Positions 25,306 to 38,810 of a DNA stretch of 64,000 nucleotides are shown piece after piece. Both the position numbers and the translations under genes were made by a program. The DNA is taken from positions 19,479,741 through 19,543,740 of the forward strand of contig CM119270.1 of NCBI GenBank assembly GCA_051294375.1. Direction: 5' to 3'. Below the pieces are notes generated by a model that did not search any database, was not told the origin of the DNA, and saw only the letters and a list, made by a program, of their open reading frames with translations. The stretch is from Paraspadella gotoi (Eukaryota; Animalia; Chaetognatha). Position 1 is the first letter of the stretch. Every line of letters starts with the position of its first letter.

Positions 25306-26218
25306 TCGTAAAACGCGGAGGCTATCTCCGCCCCGCCTCCCCGCTGAGTTGTTTGTCCTTTGGGAAACTGGAGAGGGAGAAGAAGGAAGGAAGGAAGGAA
25401 GGAAGGANNNNNNNNNNNNNNNNNNNNNNNNNNNNNNNNNNNNNNNNNNNNNNNNNNNNNNNNNNNNNNNNNNNNNNNNNNNNNNNNNNNNNNNNNNNNN
25501 NNNNNNNNNNNNNNNNNNNNNNNNNNNNNNNNNNNNNNNNNNNNNNNNNNNNNNNNNNNNNNNNNNNNNNNNNNNNNNNNNNNNNNNNNNNNNNNNNNNN
25601 NNNNNNNNNNNNNNNNATAAATAAATAAATGAATAAATAAATAAATAAATAAAAAATAAAAAATAAAATAAAAAATAAAAAATAAAAAATAAATAAATAA
25701 ATATAAAAAAAATAAAAAATTAACAAAATAACAAAATAAATAAAAATAAAAATAAGAAAAAAGGAAAAGATAAAAATAGAAAGCGTTTAAAATCTGGAAA
25801 CAAGAAAACGGATGACACACTATTAGTTGATACAGAATTACGATAAATCGGTACTAAAAATGATAAGATCTGGGGTTAAAGCGTACAGGGTGTTCGCGGT
25901 ATCTCGCCAATAACTTGGGGCCTTTCTTTGTCGCAATGACGAATCAAAGGGACAACGTAATCGTGAGGCGAAAATCTCGGGTTGGTCGTAATTCTTCGTT
26001 ATCTTCGTTATCTTCGTCGTCTTCGTCGTCACTATAACATCGTCATTGTNNNNNNNNNNNNNNNNNNNNNNNNNCACTTACCCACCCCCACAACCGCCCT
26101 CATTACACCTTATATACCCACACGGCCGGCAATGGAGACCACCCGATACTCTCGCATATATCTCCGTCCTCCGAGTCTTTGGCTCCGGCCCAAGTAGACC
26201 AACGCACATAAGAGAACA

Positions 26219-26293
26219 TTTCGCATCTGACGAGTTATGACGATCCTCGTGTATAACGAAAAAGATTCGCTCGCTTTATCGAACTGTTGGGGT
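26219..26293 (+). ncRNA. Degenerate second copy of the hammerhead-like motif
   Basis: ctgacgagttatgacgatcctcgtgtataacgaaa; contains indels and lies in a noisy duplicate of ~25125-25400. Confidence 0.4.
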
Positions 26294-26739
26294 GCGGATC
26301 GTAAAACGCGGAGGACTATCTCGCCCCGGCCTGAGGCCCCCGGCTGATTGTCTTTGTCCTTGGGAAACTGGAGGAGAAAGAAGAAGGAAGGAAGGAAGGA
26401 AGGAAGGAAGAAAGAGAAGAAAGATAAGAAAGGGAAAAGAAAGAAAGATGAAGAGGATTATTTGAAAGAAAGAAAGAAGAAAGAATAAGAAAAGAATGAA
26501 AGACTGATAGAAAGAAAGAAAGAAAGACAGAAAGAAAGAAAGAAAGAAAGAAGAACGAAGAAACGAAAGAAGAAAGAAAGAAAGAAATAAATTAAAAAAA
26601 TAAAATAATAAATAAATAAATAAATAAATAATAAATAAATAAATAAATAAAAAATAAAAAATAAAAAAATAAATAATAAAAATAATAAAATAAAAAATCT
26701 TAAAAGCAATAGGATCGAGACGCTTTCGATGGTAACCAA

Positions 26740-26940
26740 ATATTGATGCGAATGATAACCAAAATTGATGCGATGATAACGAGGGTTGATGCGATGATAA
26801 CAAATAACTGAATGTGATGAATAATCAAATGATTGATGCGATGATGTCATTCATTGATGTGATGATAAATCATTCTGTAGATAGAGCATCATTCATTGAA
26901 TGCGATGATTCATTCATTACGCGATGAATCATTCAATCGT
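26740..26940. repeat. Degenerate short tandem repeat with (TGATGCGATGATAA) core
   Basis: Repeated 'tgatgcgatgat' cores. Confidence 0.7.
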
Positions 26941-29900
26941 AAATAAAACAAAGAAATGCGGAGAGTGGAGAAAGAGAGAGAGAGGAAGAGAGAGAGAGAG
27001 AGAGAAAGAGTGAGGAAAGGCTGGTCAGTTTTCACTCTCGTTTATATGAAAGAATAATAAAAATTTTTTTGAAAAAAAATTCACGAAAAGTTATTTTGTG
27101 ATTGAAGGAAGGGAAGAAGGAAGAGAGAGAGAGGAGTGAGAGCAGGAAGAAGTAGAAGAGAGAGGAGGAAGACGAGAGAACAGAAGGAAGTCCATTCATA
27201 CCTCATAATTCAATGCCTTCCTCCTTTACCATCTTCTATTTCCGCAGAGCTCCCTCCCGAAAATAAATACAAAAAATGAAAGAGGGTTTAGTACGCCTGA
27301 GAGACCAAGCATGTCACGTAGTATGATGATGTATGATGTTGTAGTCAGTTTAGTTATAGTAGCAGAGGAGGTGACAAGAGATAGAGATGCTAGAGTTAGA
27401 ATAGTACTCATGACGCCACGCACTTAGTTGCCTTTTTGCGCACCTTGTCTCTGCTATGTATGTCTCCGTGGAGCCTTACTCTTCAAATGTTTTCTTTTAC
27501 GATACTGTTCACTCTTTAAGCGGTATGTAATGTTCGCATCTTACCACTCTTTTCCGAGAATCCTTAACCTATGTAACTGGTATTTTTTTTATCCACTTAG
27601 TATTCTATACATTAATATATTATTTAGAGTATGTCCTTTCCTATTTCTATTCTCACCATAGAATTTCTATATCTTGCACACTGTAATATTATTTCTTATT
27701 GTACTCTCTGTATTTTTTCTTTCTTCTACTATGTACCCACACTGGCGTATATATTCTCAGCACCTTGCACCGTCCCATTAGTTTCTTACTTTGGCATATT
27801 TATCATCTATATTGTATCATAATTTATTATCCAAACGTCATGATAAAGTACTTACTATAATGTTAGCAGGAATACCAGGAATAGGTATCAATGAGGATAA
27901 TACTTGAGGATCAGCACTAATAAAATATTTTTACATTGCGAACATACTTAGAAACCCAGCTCGGGATTACGATATGAACGAAGTTATTGCAAAATTCGCA
28001 CCAACAAAGTATGCTTTATAGCTAGTGAGAATATCTCTCCCATGATGACTAAATCTTCTACCTATTTATTTAGATATCATACAGAGAATAATTGCCAGAA
28101 ATTTACCAACTGACAAAGAATCTGAGTGGACACAGTATTAGTGTCTCTCGTGAAACCTATTTTGGGCAGAACCATGTCTCAAGAGTATCGGACCGGTAGA
28201 TATACAATCATCAAACTATACAAAGATCTTTTTTTTGTATTATTCTCACACGATTAACTAATATAATATTATCACTACCAACAACATCCATACCGATTAT
28301 AAAAGAGTAAACAAACGATCATCCATATGGAATCTGACTACACGCTGCTATATTTGCCGTCTTCATTTTTAGGGATGGTATGGAACTCTTAAAAAAATGA
28401 GACCGTGATCCGCCTTCGATTCTTTTTTTTTGATTTTTTTTTTAGACGAAAGACAAGAAAAGGTCCCGCGATCGATTCCTGCCCCCCACGCCCAACCCGC
28501 CACCCCCAGCAGAGTCGTTCTTTTTTCCCCTTTTTTCATCATCCTTCGAATTCGAGGTTCTATTGGAGTCCCGATCTCTCTCTCTCCCTCTCTCTCTCTC
28601 TCATCTCTCTGACATATAGCAGCTATTTTGTAGCATCGGCAGGGCTAAGCTGATGTACATGTGATCATTGCCTGCATTTTTTTTCTAAAAAACTTGAATC
28701 CATGAAAATCTCGGATGTAAATTTGGGATTCTTGTATAGAGAAAAAAAAATAAAATGGGCGATAATTCACCGTTTTCTAGAAATGTAAAAAAATAATAAG
28801 AATTTTTTTTCAAAAAACGCAACGATGTACATTGAGAGCACGAAGGAAGAGAGTAGAGAGAACGAGTCGGCGGGGAGAAGAGTACGAAGAGAAGAGAGAT
28901 GAGCAGAGAGAGAGATCGATCAGAAATGCTTTGCATATCAGAAGCCGCGAACTCGTTTACTCGTTTACTCCGTCGCCTCCGTTGGCTGATACCATCGAAA
29001 CTATAACGGTGAATCTTTTGGACCATTCCTACAATCATTCCTGTTTATTATATGTGTAAATAAATGAGCATAAGAGAGTAGAGAGAGATAGAGAGTATGC
29101 CTGCAACATATTACCGGTGTGCACTGAGGAAGAGTGTATAACAAAATAGGCTGCCACTTCCACCACACACTTTTATTTTTTTTGTCTCACGGCTAATAAA
29201 AATTTATGATTGTATCCTCATTGTATCCAGAGTGAGCACATAAAATCAATTCGGGCAATGATTTTAAATAGAGGAGTTCCTAAACTAGTACAAATATATG
29301 AGAATCACCCAGATTCTTTTGGGACGGACCTACTGAGCCCTGAACACCATTTTAAAGCTTCACATTTTGGTCAAATTAATATCGTTGGTTGGAAAAACGC
29401 GATATCAAAATAAAAAACGAGTGTGCCTCGCCTCGGAACATTGAGCATGATGCTTAACGGCCTTTAACTGAAATATACTTCGTTGAACTGAATCATCTAT
29501 CTTCTCTCTCCTCTCTCTCTACTCACTCTCTCTCTCTCTCTCTCCTCCTCTAACTCATTCTCTCTCTTTCTACCTCTCTCCCTTCTCGCCCTACATTCCG
29601 TGAAACTTTCGTTCGGCTCGGCGCGCCTTCCCTGATTACGCACGATTGTTGAAAAATTTTGGTGAGTAGCGGCGATCTGCACCTACGAGAGAGAGAGAGA
29701 GAGGAGAGAGAGAGAAGAGAGACGAGAGAGAGAGGAGAGGAAGAGAGAGAGAGAAAAGAAACAAAATTAACGAAAGTGTCAAGCTACTTTATAAAAAGTA
29801 CACACAGACAAAAGGCCCAGACCAAAAAAAGAAGCATCAGCACAGGCGTTCGTATCTTTATATGATATCAGTTGAAATTATTTATATTTATCTAGTTATC

Positions 29901-29982
29901 TGAATGGTAATCATATTTGGCGGGGGAAGAGAGAGAGAGACAGATGAGAAAGAATAGAGAGAAGAAAGAGAGAGAGAGAGAA

Positions 29983-30025
<43 letters not shown>

Positions 30026-30109
30026 GGAACTCGTTTACTCGTTTTACAAGTGAATAAATTTTTTTTTTTTGTAAAAAAAAAAAAGAAGAGAGAGAGCGAG
30101 AGAGAGAGA

Positions 30110-30141
<32 letters not shown>

Positions 30142-31379
30142 AAGTTTTCCCGCCCAACGATACGCAAGTATTAGGTCACTCTTGTTTTATATCGGCGTGA
30201 TCTCGTCAAGTTGATTTTTTTTTATAAGGCACGTAACGTTTCCGTTGCGCATCAAAACGCGTTTATTAGGTCATGTTCCTCGACATTGTTTACTCGTTGG
30301 CCCCGCAACGGCCACGAAATCCAGGTCAAGTAAGTTATTCTTGCACAATTTTCCTCAAAAAAAAATCCACGACAATCTCAGATTAAATTTGAGGATTTTG
30401 TATTGAGAAAGAAGCGCGGATAAATGGAGAATAGAATAAAAGTTTTTAGAAGGAAAAAGAAGATCATAAGAATCTTTTCAAAAAACGGTGGTAAAACAAA
30501 GTTGAATAAATTTTTTTTTTGTAACAAAAAAAAGAGAAAAAAAAAAAAGGGGAGGAGGAGAGAGGTAGAGAGAGAAGAGGAGAGAAGAGGAGAGAGAGAG
30601 ACGGAGGGAGGACGGAGGGAGAGAGAGAGAGAGAGCCTGAAACTCGTTTTTTAAACGATTTAACGAAAAGGCCGCGCCTGATCAAATAGATTATGTTTTT
30701 TTAAGAAAAGAAAAAATAATCAGAATTTTTCAAAAACGAACGACACGCAAGAGAATCGCACACAAAGGAAGACAGAGAGAACTGAACTCGTTTTTAAACG
30801 ATTCCAGAAAAGGCAGCGCCTAAAAAAAAATATATGTAATTAAACAAATAAATAAAAGAAAAGGCAAAACATGTTAGCAATGGTTTACAATTGGAAACTT
30901 TTTCGCAATTTTTTCCAATCGGCAAAGCTTGTAAAAGATTTTATTTTTGATTTGTATTAAAATTAAGATATAGCTTCTCATTAAAAAAATCCTTTGAGTT
31001 CCCATTTTTATTAAAGAAATTTAAAAAACAATTTTTTTTGAATTTCATCTCAATATTATATACTGGCAATAATGTAAAATTAGCTTAAAGCATTTCATAT
31101 ACTAATTTGGATATTATAATGAGTAACTATAAATCTCATTTGCATATTGCAGTATCATAATGAAAATGGAAATTCAAACAAAAAATTTACATACTTAAAT
31201 CCAAATGTAGCTTAAGAAAATATCAAAGCTATTTCAAGTTGAGAAGCCATATCTATTTTTTTAAACTTACTATGACGCACATTTTTTTTAACTTTATAAT
31301 AATCATAATAATTTTATTTAAAAAAAAAACGGTAATCGCAGCCAAAACTATAAAAGCGAGTAGTTTTTTATACATAAAA

Positions 31380-31485
31380 ATAGCGTGAGCGCGACGTACG
31401 AACGAACGACGACGACTACGTCATAAAGAATCAACCCTAAAACATTATACGAGCCTGACCCGGCTTGCCGGTCAAGGCTCGATAA
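31380..31485. mobile_element. Possible end of a non-autonomous Helitron/Helentron-like or MITE element: microsatellite plus terminal GC-rich hairpin
   Basis: acgaacgaacgacgacg microsatellite followed by the palindrome cgagcc-tgacc(c)gg-cttg-ccggtca-(a)ggctcg next to an A-rich tract. Confidence 0.4.
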
Positions 31486-31829
31486 AAATAATAAATAAAT
31501 AAATAACATAAATAATAAAAAAAAAATAAAAAATTAACAAAATAATCAAATAATAAAATAAAAATAAGAAAAAAAGAAAAGATAAAATAGAAAGGCGTTT
31601 AAAATCTGGAAACAAAGAAAACGGATGAACACACTATTAGTTGATACAGAATTACGATAAACATCGTTGACTAAAAATGATAAAGATTGTGGTTAAGCGT
31701 AGCAGGAGTGTTCGTCGATCTCGCCAATAACTTGGGGCCTTTCTTTGTCCAATGACGATTCAAGGGAGCAACGTAATCGTGAGGCGAAAATCTCGGGTTG
31801 GTCGTAATTCTTCGTTATCTTCGTTATCT

Positions 31830-33565
31830 TCGTCGTATTCGTCGTCACTATAACATCTTGTTTTTGTTCGTCATCTAACGATCACGGTTGCGCTTGTTTG
31901 TCGCTTCGTCTTCTCGTCGTCACTATAACATCCGTCATGTCATTCTTTGTCGTCATCATCGACGCATCAGCGTTGGTCCATTGTTGTCGTTCATCGTCGT
32001 GTCGTCGTCACTATAACATCGTCATTGCTCAATCTTTGCGTCGATCATCGACCGCACTCAGCGTTGCCAGTTGTGTCTCTGTCGGTCGTCGCCTATCGGT
32101 CAGTCACGGCGCTACAGTAACATCGTCATTGTCATCTTGTCGTCATCATCGACGCGATCAGCGTTGCAGTTGTTGTCGGTCGATCGTCGTCTGTCGTCGT
32201 CACTTATAACATCGTCATTGTCATCTTTGTCGTCCATCATCGACGCATCAGCGTTGCCATTGTTTGTTCGGTCAAATCGTCGTCGTCGTCGTCACTATAA
32301 CATCGTCATTGTCATCTTTTGTCGGTCAATCATCGACGCATCAGCGTTTGCCAGTTTGTTGTCGTCATCGTCCGTCTGTCGTCGTCACATAATAACATCG
32401 TCATTGTCATCTTTGTCGTCATCATCGGGACGCATCAGGCGTTGGCCCGATTGTGTCGTCATCGTCGTCTTCGTCGTCACTATAACATCGTCATTGTCAT
32501 CTTTGTCTCAATCAGTCGACGCTGATCAGGCGTTGCGATTGTTGTCGTCATCGTCGTCGTCGTTCGTCCACTATAACATCGTCATTTGTCATTCTTTGTC
32601 GTTTCATCATCGACGCATCAGCGTTGGCCCATTGGTTGTCGGTCAATCGTCGTCGTCGTCGTCACTATAAGCATCGTCTTGTCATCCTTTGTCGTCATCA
32701 TCGACGCATATCCAGCGTTGCATTTGTTGTCGTATGCGTCGTCGTTCGTCGTCACTATAACATCGTCATTGTCATCTTGTCGTGCATCATCGACGCATCA
32801 GCGTTGCCATTGTTGTCGTTCAATCGTTCGTCGTGTCGTCGTCACTATATAACATCCGTCATTTCATCTTTTGCGTCATCATCGACGCATCAGGCGTTGC
32901 CATTGTTGTCGTCGTTCGTCGTCTTCGTCCGTCACTATAACATCGTCATTGTCATCCTTTTGTCGTCATCATCGACGCATTACTACGTTGCCATTTGTTG
33001 TCGTTCATCGTTCGTCTCGTCGTCACTCATAACATTCGTCATTGGCATCTTTGTCTGTCTCATCGACGCATCAGCGTTGCCATGTGGTTGTCGTCAATCG
33101 TCGTCGTCGTCGTTCACTATAACATCGTCATTGTTCATCTTTGTCGTCATCATCGACGCATCAGCGTGGCATTGTTGTCCGTCGATCGTCGTCTCTGTCG
33201 TCCACTAAAAACATCGTCATTGTCATCTTTGGTCGTCATCATCGACGCATCAGCGATTGCCATTGTTGTCGTCATCGGTCGTCGCTTCGTCGTCACGTAT
33301 AACATCGTCTATTGTCATCTTTGTCGTCATCATCGACGCATACAGGCGTTGCATTGTTGTCGTCATCGTTCGTCTTCGTCGTCACTATAACAGTCGTCGA
33401 TTGTCAGTCTTTGTCGTCGATCATGCGACGCATCAGCGTGCCATTGTTGTCGTCATCGTCGTCCTCGTCGTCAGCTAATAACATGTCATTGTCATCTTTG
33501 TCGTCATCAATCGACGATCAGCGCAGCGTTGCCATTGTTGTCGTCATCGTCGTCGTCGTCGTCGC
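31830..33565. repeat. ~85-bp (GTC/ATC-rich) minisatellite, about 20 units
   Basis: Unit cactataacatcgtcattgtcatctttgtcgtcatcatcgacgcatcagcgttgccattgttgtcgtcatcgtcgtcttcgtcgt; length is not a multiple of 3. Confidence 0.92.
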
Positions 33566-34189
33566 CTTCCATCTTTTCCGTGTCTCATCGACGTCGTTGA
33601 AAAATTCATCTCATCTTCGGCCAAAGAGAAAATCCATGGAATCCAGAATCACGATCAACTCTTATTTCTTGTTGTTGTCTTTGTTCGCATTTCTTCGCCC
33701 TTGGCCTCTTTTGACTGCATGACTTTGCACGTATCTATTGGTTCTTCATTCTTATTAAAGTTATTTAAGTTAATGTAGATCTTTAATTGCCTTCCGTTTC
33801 TTTCCACATGTCACTGAAACTTTCCACTGACACTCAACTTGCCACTGACACCTAACTTGCCACTACCCCGTCTTTTTTGTGCCAGTTTTATCTGGCACAT
33901 GTCCGCACAAGTCCGCACTGTTAGTTTTCGAAAATTAAATACGACGTTGAAATAATCCTTAACATACAGCATTATTTCTTCATTGCAAACCGCCGCCAGC
34001 CAAGTTTTATCACGTGTTTTTATATCTCCATGGAAACCGAACTCCCTTCAGCGTTATTCCTTTTCTTTTTCTCTTTTCTTTTTCTGCTCCTTTTAACCTC
34101 TCATTCCCTCAAAGAATAATATTCAAACTTTGCCGCCAATTTTATCCGCATTTTTCTGCGTTAAGTTTCCTTTCGCTCCTTTTTAAACT

Positions 34190-34445
34190 TTTCTTTTCCC
34201 TTTACTTTTCTCCTTACTTCTCTACAAACCTTTTCTTATCGTCATTCTCTTTCTCTCTTATTTTACTTTCTTTTTTTCCCCTTACTTTTCTCCTTACTTC
34301 TCTACAACCCTTTCTTATCGTCATTCTCTTTCTCTCTTATTTTACTTTCTTTTTTTTCCCCCTTACTTTTCTCCTTACTTGTCTACAACCTTTTCTTATC
34401 GTCGTTCTCTTTCTCTCTTATTCTACTTTCTTTTTTTTCCCCTTT
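34190..34445. repeat. ~70-bp pyrimidine-rich tandem repeat, about 3.5 units
   Basis: Repeated 'ttacttttctccttacttctctacaacc...ttcttatcgtcattctc'. Confidence 0.8.
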
Positions 34446-34568
34446 TTCACCTTTCGCCTTGTGCATTAAGAAAATCTCCACCCTCTCCCTCTTTATTGTT
34501 ATCCCTTTATTTCCTTACATCCCCGTTTTCTTTGCCACCCACCGTCTCTAGCTAAAAAATCCGCCACG

Positions 34569-34679
<111 letters not shown>

Positions 34680-34789
34680 GGTTTCCATTTCCATTCTCAT
34701 CCACTCCTAACCATTTTATGGCCACTTTTCTTCGTCTTTATGATTTTTGGCTCAAATGGAAAAAGATTCCGAACGATAAATGAAGAGGA

Positions 34790-35290
34790 GACGGAAAAGA
34801 GAGGAAATTAGAGGAAAAAGGAAAGAGAGGAAACCGAAGGATGGCGGAAAGAGAGGAAATTAGAGGAGAAAGGAAAGAGACAGGAAAACCCAAGATTGGC
34901 GGAAAAGAGGAGGAAATTGAGGGATAAAGAAAAGGGACAGGAAACCAAGATGGCGGAAAGAGAGTAAATTAGATGGAGAAAGGAAAGAGACAGGAAACCA
35001 AGATGGGCGGAAAAGAGAGGAAATTAGAGGAGAAAGGAAAGAGACAGGAAACCAAGGATGGCGGAATAGAGAGGAAATTAGAGAAAAAGGAAGAGAGAGG
35101 AGAACCAAGATGGCGAGAAAGAGAGGAAAAGAGGATTAGAAGGAAAGAGAGGAAGAGCAAGGATGCGGAAAAGAGAGGAAATTAGAGGAGAAAGGAAAGA
35201 GAGGAAACCAAGATGGCGGAAAAGATAGGAAATTAGAGAAGAAAGAAAAGAGAGGAAACCAAGATGGCGGAAATTAGAGGAAAAAGGAAA
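34790..35290. repeat. ~53-bp minisatellite, about 9 units, each with a CAAGATGGCGG core
   Basis: GATGGCGG variants at ~34840, 34895, 34949, 35002, 35057, 35109, 35162, 35213 and 35263. Confidence 0.88.
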
Positions 35291-37067
35291 GAACTGGAAC
35301 CGCTATTTGTTAAACCCGCTTCTCAATGTGAACAATGTGGAAGACGAAGCCGCGAACAAAAATCTCAAAAGGTATCAACTGTACTCGACGCCATTGCTGC
35401 CAACGGCACAAACGCAAGAAAGTGCAATCTCTTCCATCTGCTTCAGCCGCTGTTGCCTCCCGGATCCGGAAACTCTAACCGGATCTAAAAAACCGGAAGC
35501 GATGATGGAACGAAATTCACCTTCGCGACTTTGAAATCGATCGCGTTTTCATTTCCGGAATAGAAAATTCACGCTACATTGGAACAAACGCGGCGGCGAC
35601 GATCTAAAAATAGAACGCGCGCCCGTTGAATGAGAGGAGAGAGACATACGGACGTACGGACACTTAAGTTTTATGCGTATCGATCATCTCCGAGGAAATT
35701 CCTTACCTTTTTCCATTCTTCCGCCCCCCTGCCTCCCCCCCAAGTCCGGGTCCTCCGTTCCCGCCTCCGGTTCTTCCCCGGTGGAAGCTGATCCATAATT
35801 CAGACGCTTTTATCATCAGATATTCTCGTCGCGGAAGTCGCGAGCGGGAAAGTGCAAGCGGAAAGGGAAAGTGAGAGAGAGAGGGTGAGTGCGAGGTGAG
35901 TGCGTTTGTGAGGAAAACTGTGAAGAGGGGGGAGAAATGTTGAGAGCTTGAAAGTATAAGGTAAGTTATGAGCAGAATGGGATATGTGAATACGAATTCG
36001 AATGAGTTTTAGATCGTGAAAATGCAGGCGAAGGAGTGTTGGAGTAACTAACGTACGACAGCGAAGAAAAAAAATATTTAAGGTCGATACAGTACGGTAT
36101 CCAGAAAGCGAGCATATCCATGAATATTGGGGGAAGTCAACGTGCGTAAGACGTAACGAAATGTTTAGGGGTTCGCTGCGCCTTAAAACAGAAAGTCAAA
36201 AGAGAGAAATTCTAAAAAGTAGAATATAGAGCAAAGAATTTGTACTAGTATTCTGAATATGTACGAAGTCAGCTTAAGAGAAATTTCAGAAAAAGCGGGG
36301 AAAAACAATGATCCGGCAAGAATGCAATAAGTTTCCAAAACAGAGTAGAAGCCGGAGAAGCAATCCGCGTTCGATCTCGCGAGTAATCCTTCATATTCCC
36401 TTCACTTTTTCAGCCGTGTATTGAAACTATAATCTTTTGCGACCTTACCATCGCAGAGGAAGTGGAACCAATGACGGCACGGGCTTCCATCTGCCTGCGG
36501 AGAATGCCCTTACCTCCGATCCGATTCCATTGTATAAATAGCCAACGTTTTTGTCTTGTTTCACTCTGCACGAAAATTGGCACCGTCAATTTTGTCTGTT
36601 TTCATGAGAAATAAAATCCATGTTGATTTCGTCGGGAAATCCCTGTCTTCTTACCTTATTACGAATCCAGTGCTGACTTAACTTACCAAACGTCGTAAAC
36701 TTTACTTACGCGTTTCACCGCATCCAACGAAACTTTTCTCCTTTTTTTTCAAAAGCGCGTCGCATCTCACGAGCCTTACCTCGGCCCAGTCTTACTTACC
36801 TTAAACACCCCCCCCTCGTGCCAAAGACGCTACCCACGGAACAACTTCTTCCGTCGTTAAAGACGCAAGAAAAAAATTCATGAGTTGGAACGAATATTTT
36901 TTTTCTTTTTTCTTTCTTTTCTTTTTCTCTTTTCTTTCCTTATAGTGAGGTTTTTTTCTTGTAAGGAGTGGTCTGTTGTCTGTTGTTTCCATCGGTTGTA
37001 AGAGGNNNNNNNNNNNNNNNNNNNNNNNNNAGGGAATGGAGGGAGGGAGGAGAGAGATAGAGAGAGA

Positions 37068-37123
<56 letters not shown>

Positions 37124-38147
37124 CAGATGCACGCCTGGCGGCATTTTTTAGCTAGAGACGTGCAGTGGCAAAGAAAACGCCGAGTAAGGAAATAAAGGAT
37201 AACAATAAAAGAGGGCGAGGGTCGGAGATTTTCTTAAATTGCACAAGGCAAAGTGTGTGAAAAGGGGAAAAAAAAGAAAGTAGAATAAGAGAGAAAGAGA
37301 ACGACGATAAGAATAGGTTGTAGACAAGTAAGGAGAAAAGTTAAGGGGGAAAAAAAGAAAGTAAATAAGAGAGAAAGGAATGACGATAAGAAAGGGTGTA
37401 GAGAAGTAAGGAGCAAAAGTAAGCGAGGGAAAACAGAAAGTAATAAATGAGAGAAAGATTTAATGACGTAAGAAAAGTTTGTAAGAGAAGTAAGAGAAAA
37501 GTATAAGGAAAAGAAAAGTTTAAAAATGAGCGAAAGGAAACTTAACGCAGAAAAATGCGGAATTAAAATTGCGCAAAGTTTGAATATTATTCTTTGAGGG
37601 AATGAGAGGTTAAAAGAGCAGAAAAAGAAAGAGAAAAAAGAAGGAATAACGCTGAAGGGAGTTCGGTATTCCATGGAGATATAAAAACACCGTTGATAAA
37701 ACTTGGCTGGCGGCGCGTTTGCAATGAAGAAATAATGACCTGTATGTAAGGATTATTTCAACGTCGTATTTAATTTTCGAAAACTAAACAGTGCGCGACT
37801 TGCCGGACATGTGCCAGATAAAACTGGCACAAAAAAGACGGGGGTCCCAGTGGCAAGTTAGGTGTAGTGCAAGTTGAGTGTCAGTGGCAAAGTTTCAGTG
37901 ACATGCTGGAAGGAACGGAAGGCAAATTAAAGATCAAATTAACTTAAATAACTTTAATGAAGAATGAAGAACCAATAGATACGATGCAAAGTCATGCAGT
38001 CAAAAGGGCCAAGGGCGAAGAAATGCGAACAAAGACAACAACAAGAAATAAGAGTTGATCGTGATTCTGGATTCATGGATTTTCTCTTTGGCCGAAGATG
38101 ATGTTTAATTTTTCAACGACGTCGATGAGACACGGAAAAGATGGAAG

Positions 38148-38810
38148 GCGACGACGACACGACGATGACGCAACAATGGCAACGCTGATGCGTCGATTGA
38201 TGCACAAAAGATGACAATGACGATGTTTAGTGATCGACGAAGGACGACGATGACGACAGACAATGCAACGCTGCATTGCCGTCGATGATGACGACAAAGA
38301 TGACAATGACGATGTTATAGCTGACGCGAACGACGACGATGACGACAACAATGGCAAGCTGTGCCGTCGATATGACGACAACTAGATGACAATGACATGT
38401 TGATAGTGACGACGAACGACGACGGATTGACGACAACAATGGCAACGCTGATGCGTCGATGATGACGACCAAGGATGAACAATGACGATGTTATAGTGAC
38501 GACGACGCACGATGACGACAACAATGGCAACGCTATGCGTCGATGATGACGATCAAAGATTGGACAATGACGATGTTATAGTGGACGACGACGTACGACG
38601 ATGACGACAACAATGGCCAACGCTGATGCGTCGATGATTTACGCAAAGATGACAATGACGTGTTTAGGACGACGACGACGACTGATGACGAGCAACAATG
38701 GCACGGCTGATGCGTCGATGATGACGACAAAGTGACATGACGATGTTATAGTGACGACGACGACGACGCAAGATGACAATGACGATGTATAGTGACGACG
38801 AAGAGACCGA
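38148..38810. repeat. Inverted, shorter copy of the 85-bp minisatellite
   Basis: Reverse complement of the unit at 31830-33565. Confidence 0.88.

Noticed and set aside
27200-29500. Coding or transposase relic in an AT-rich unique-looking stretch
   Set aside because: No sustained frame or recognisable motif by eye; a TBLASTX/Dfam search would be needed.
31137-31147. Another type-3 promoter at the octamer ATTTGCAT
   Set aside because: No PSE-like or TATA-like motif at matching spacing and no related RNA body downstream.
31830-33565. 85-bp array as a CRISPR array or an acidic repeat protein
   Set aside because: No unique spacers, eukaryotic context, unit length not a multiple of 3, and in-frame stops.
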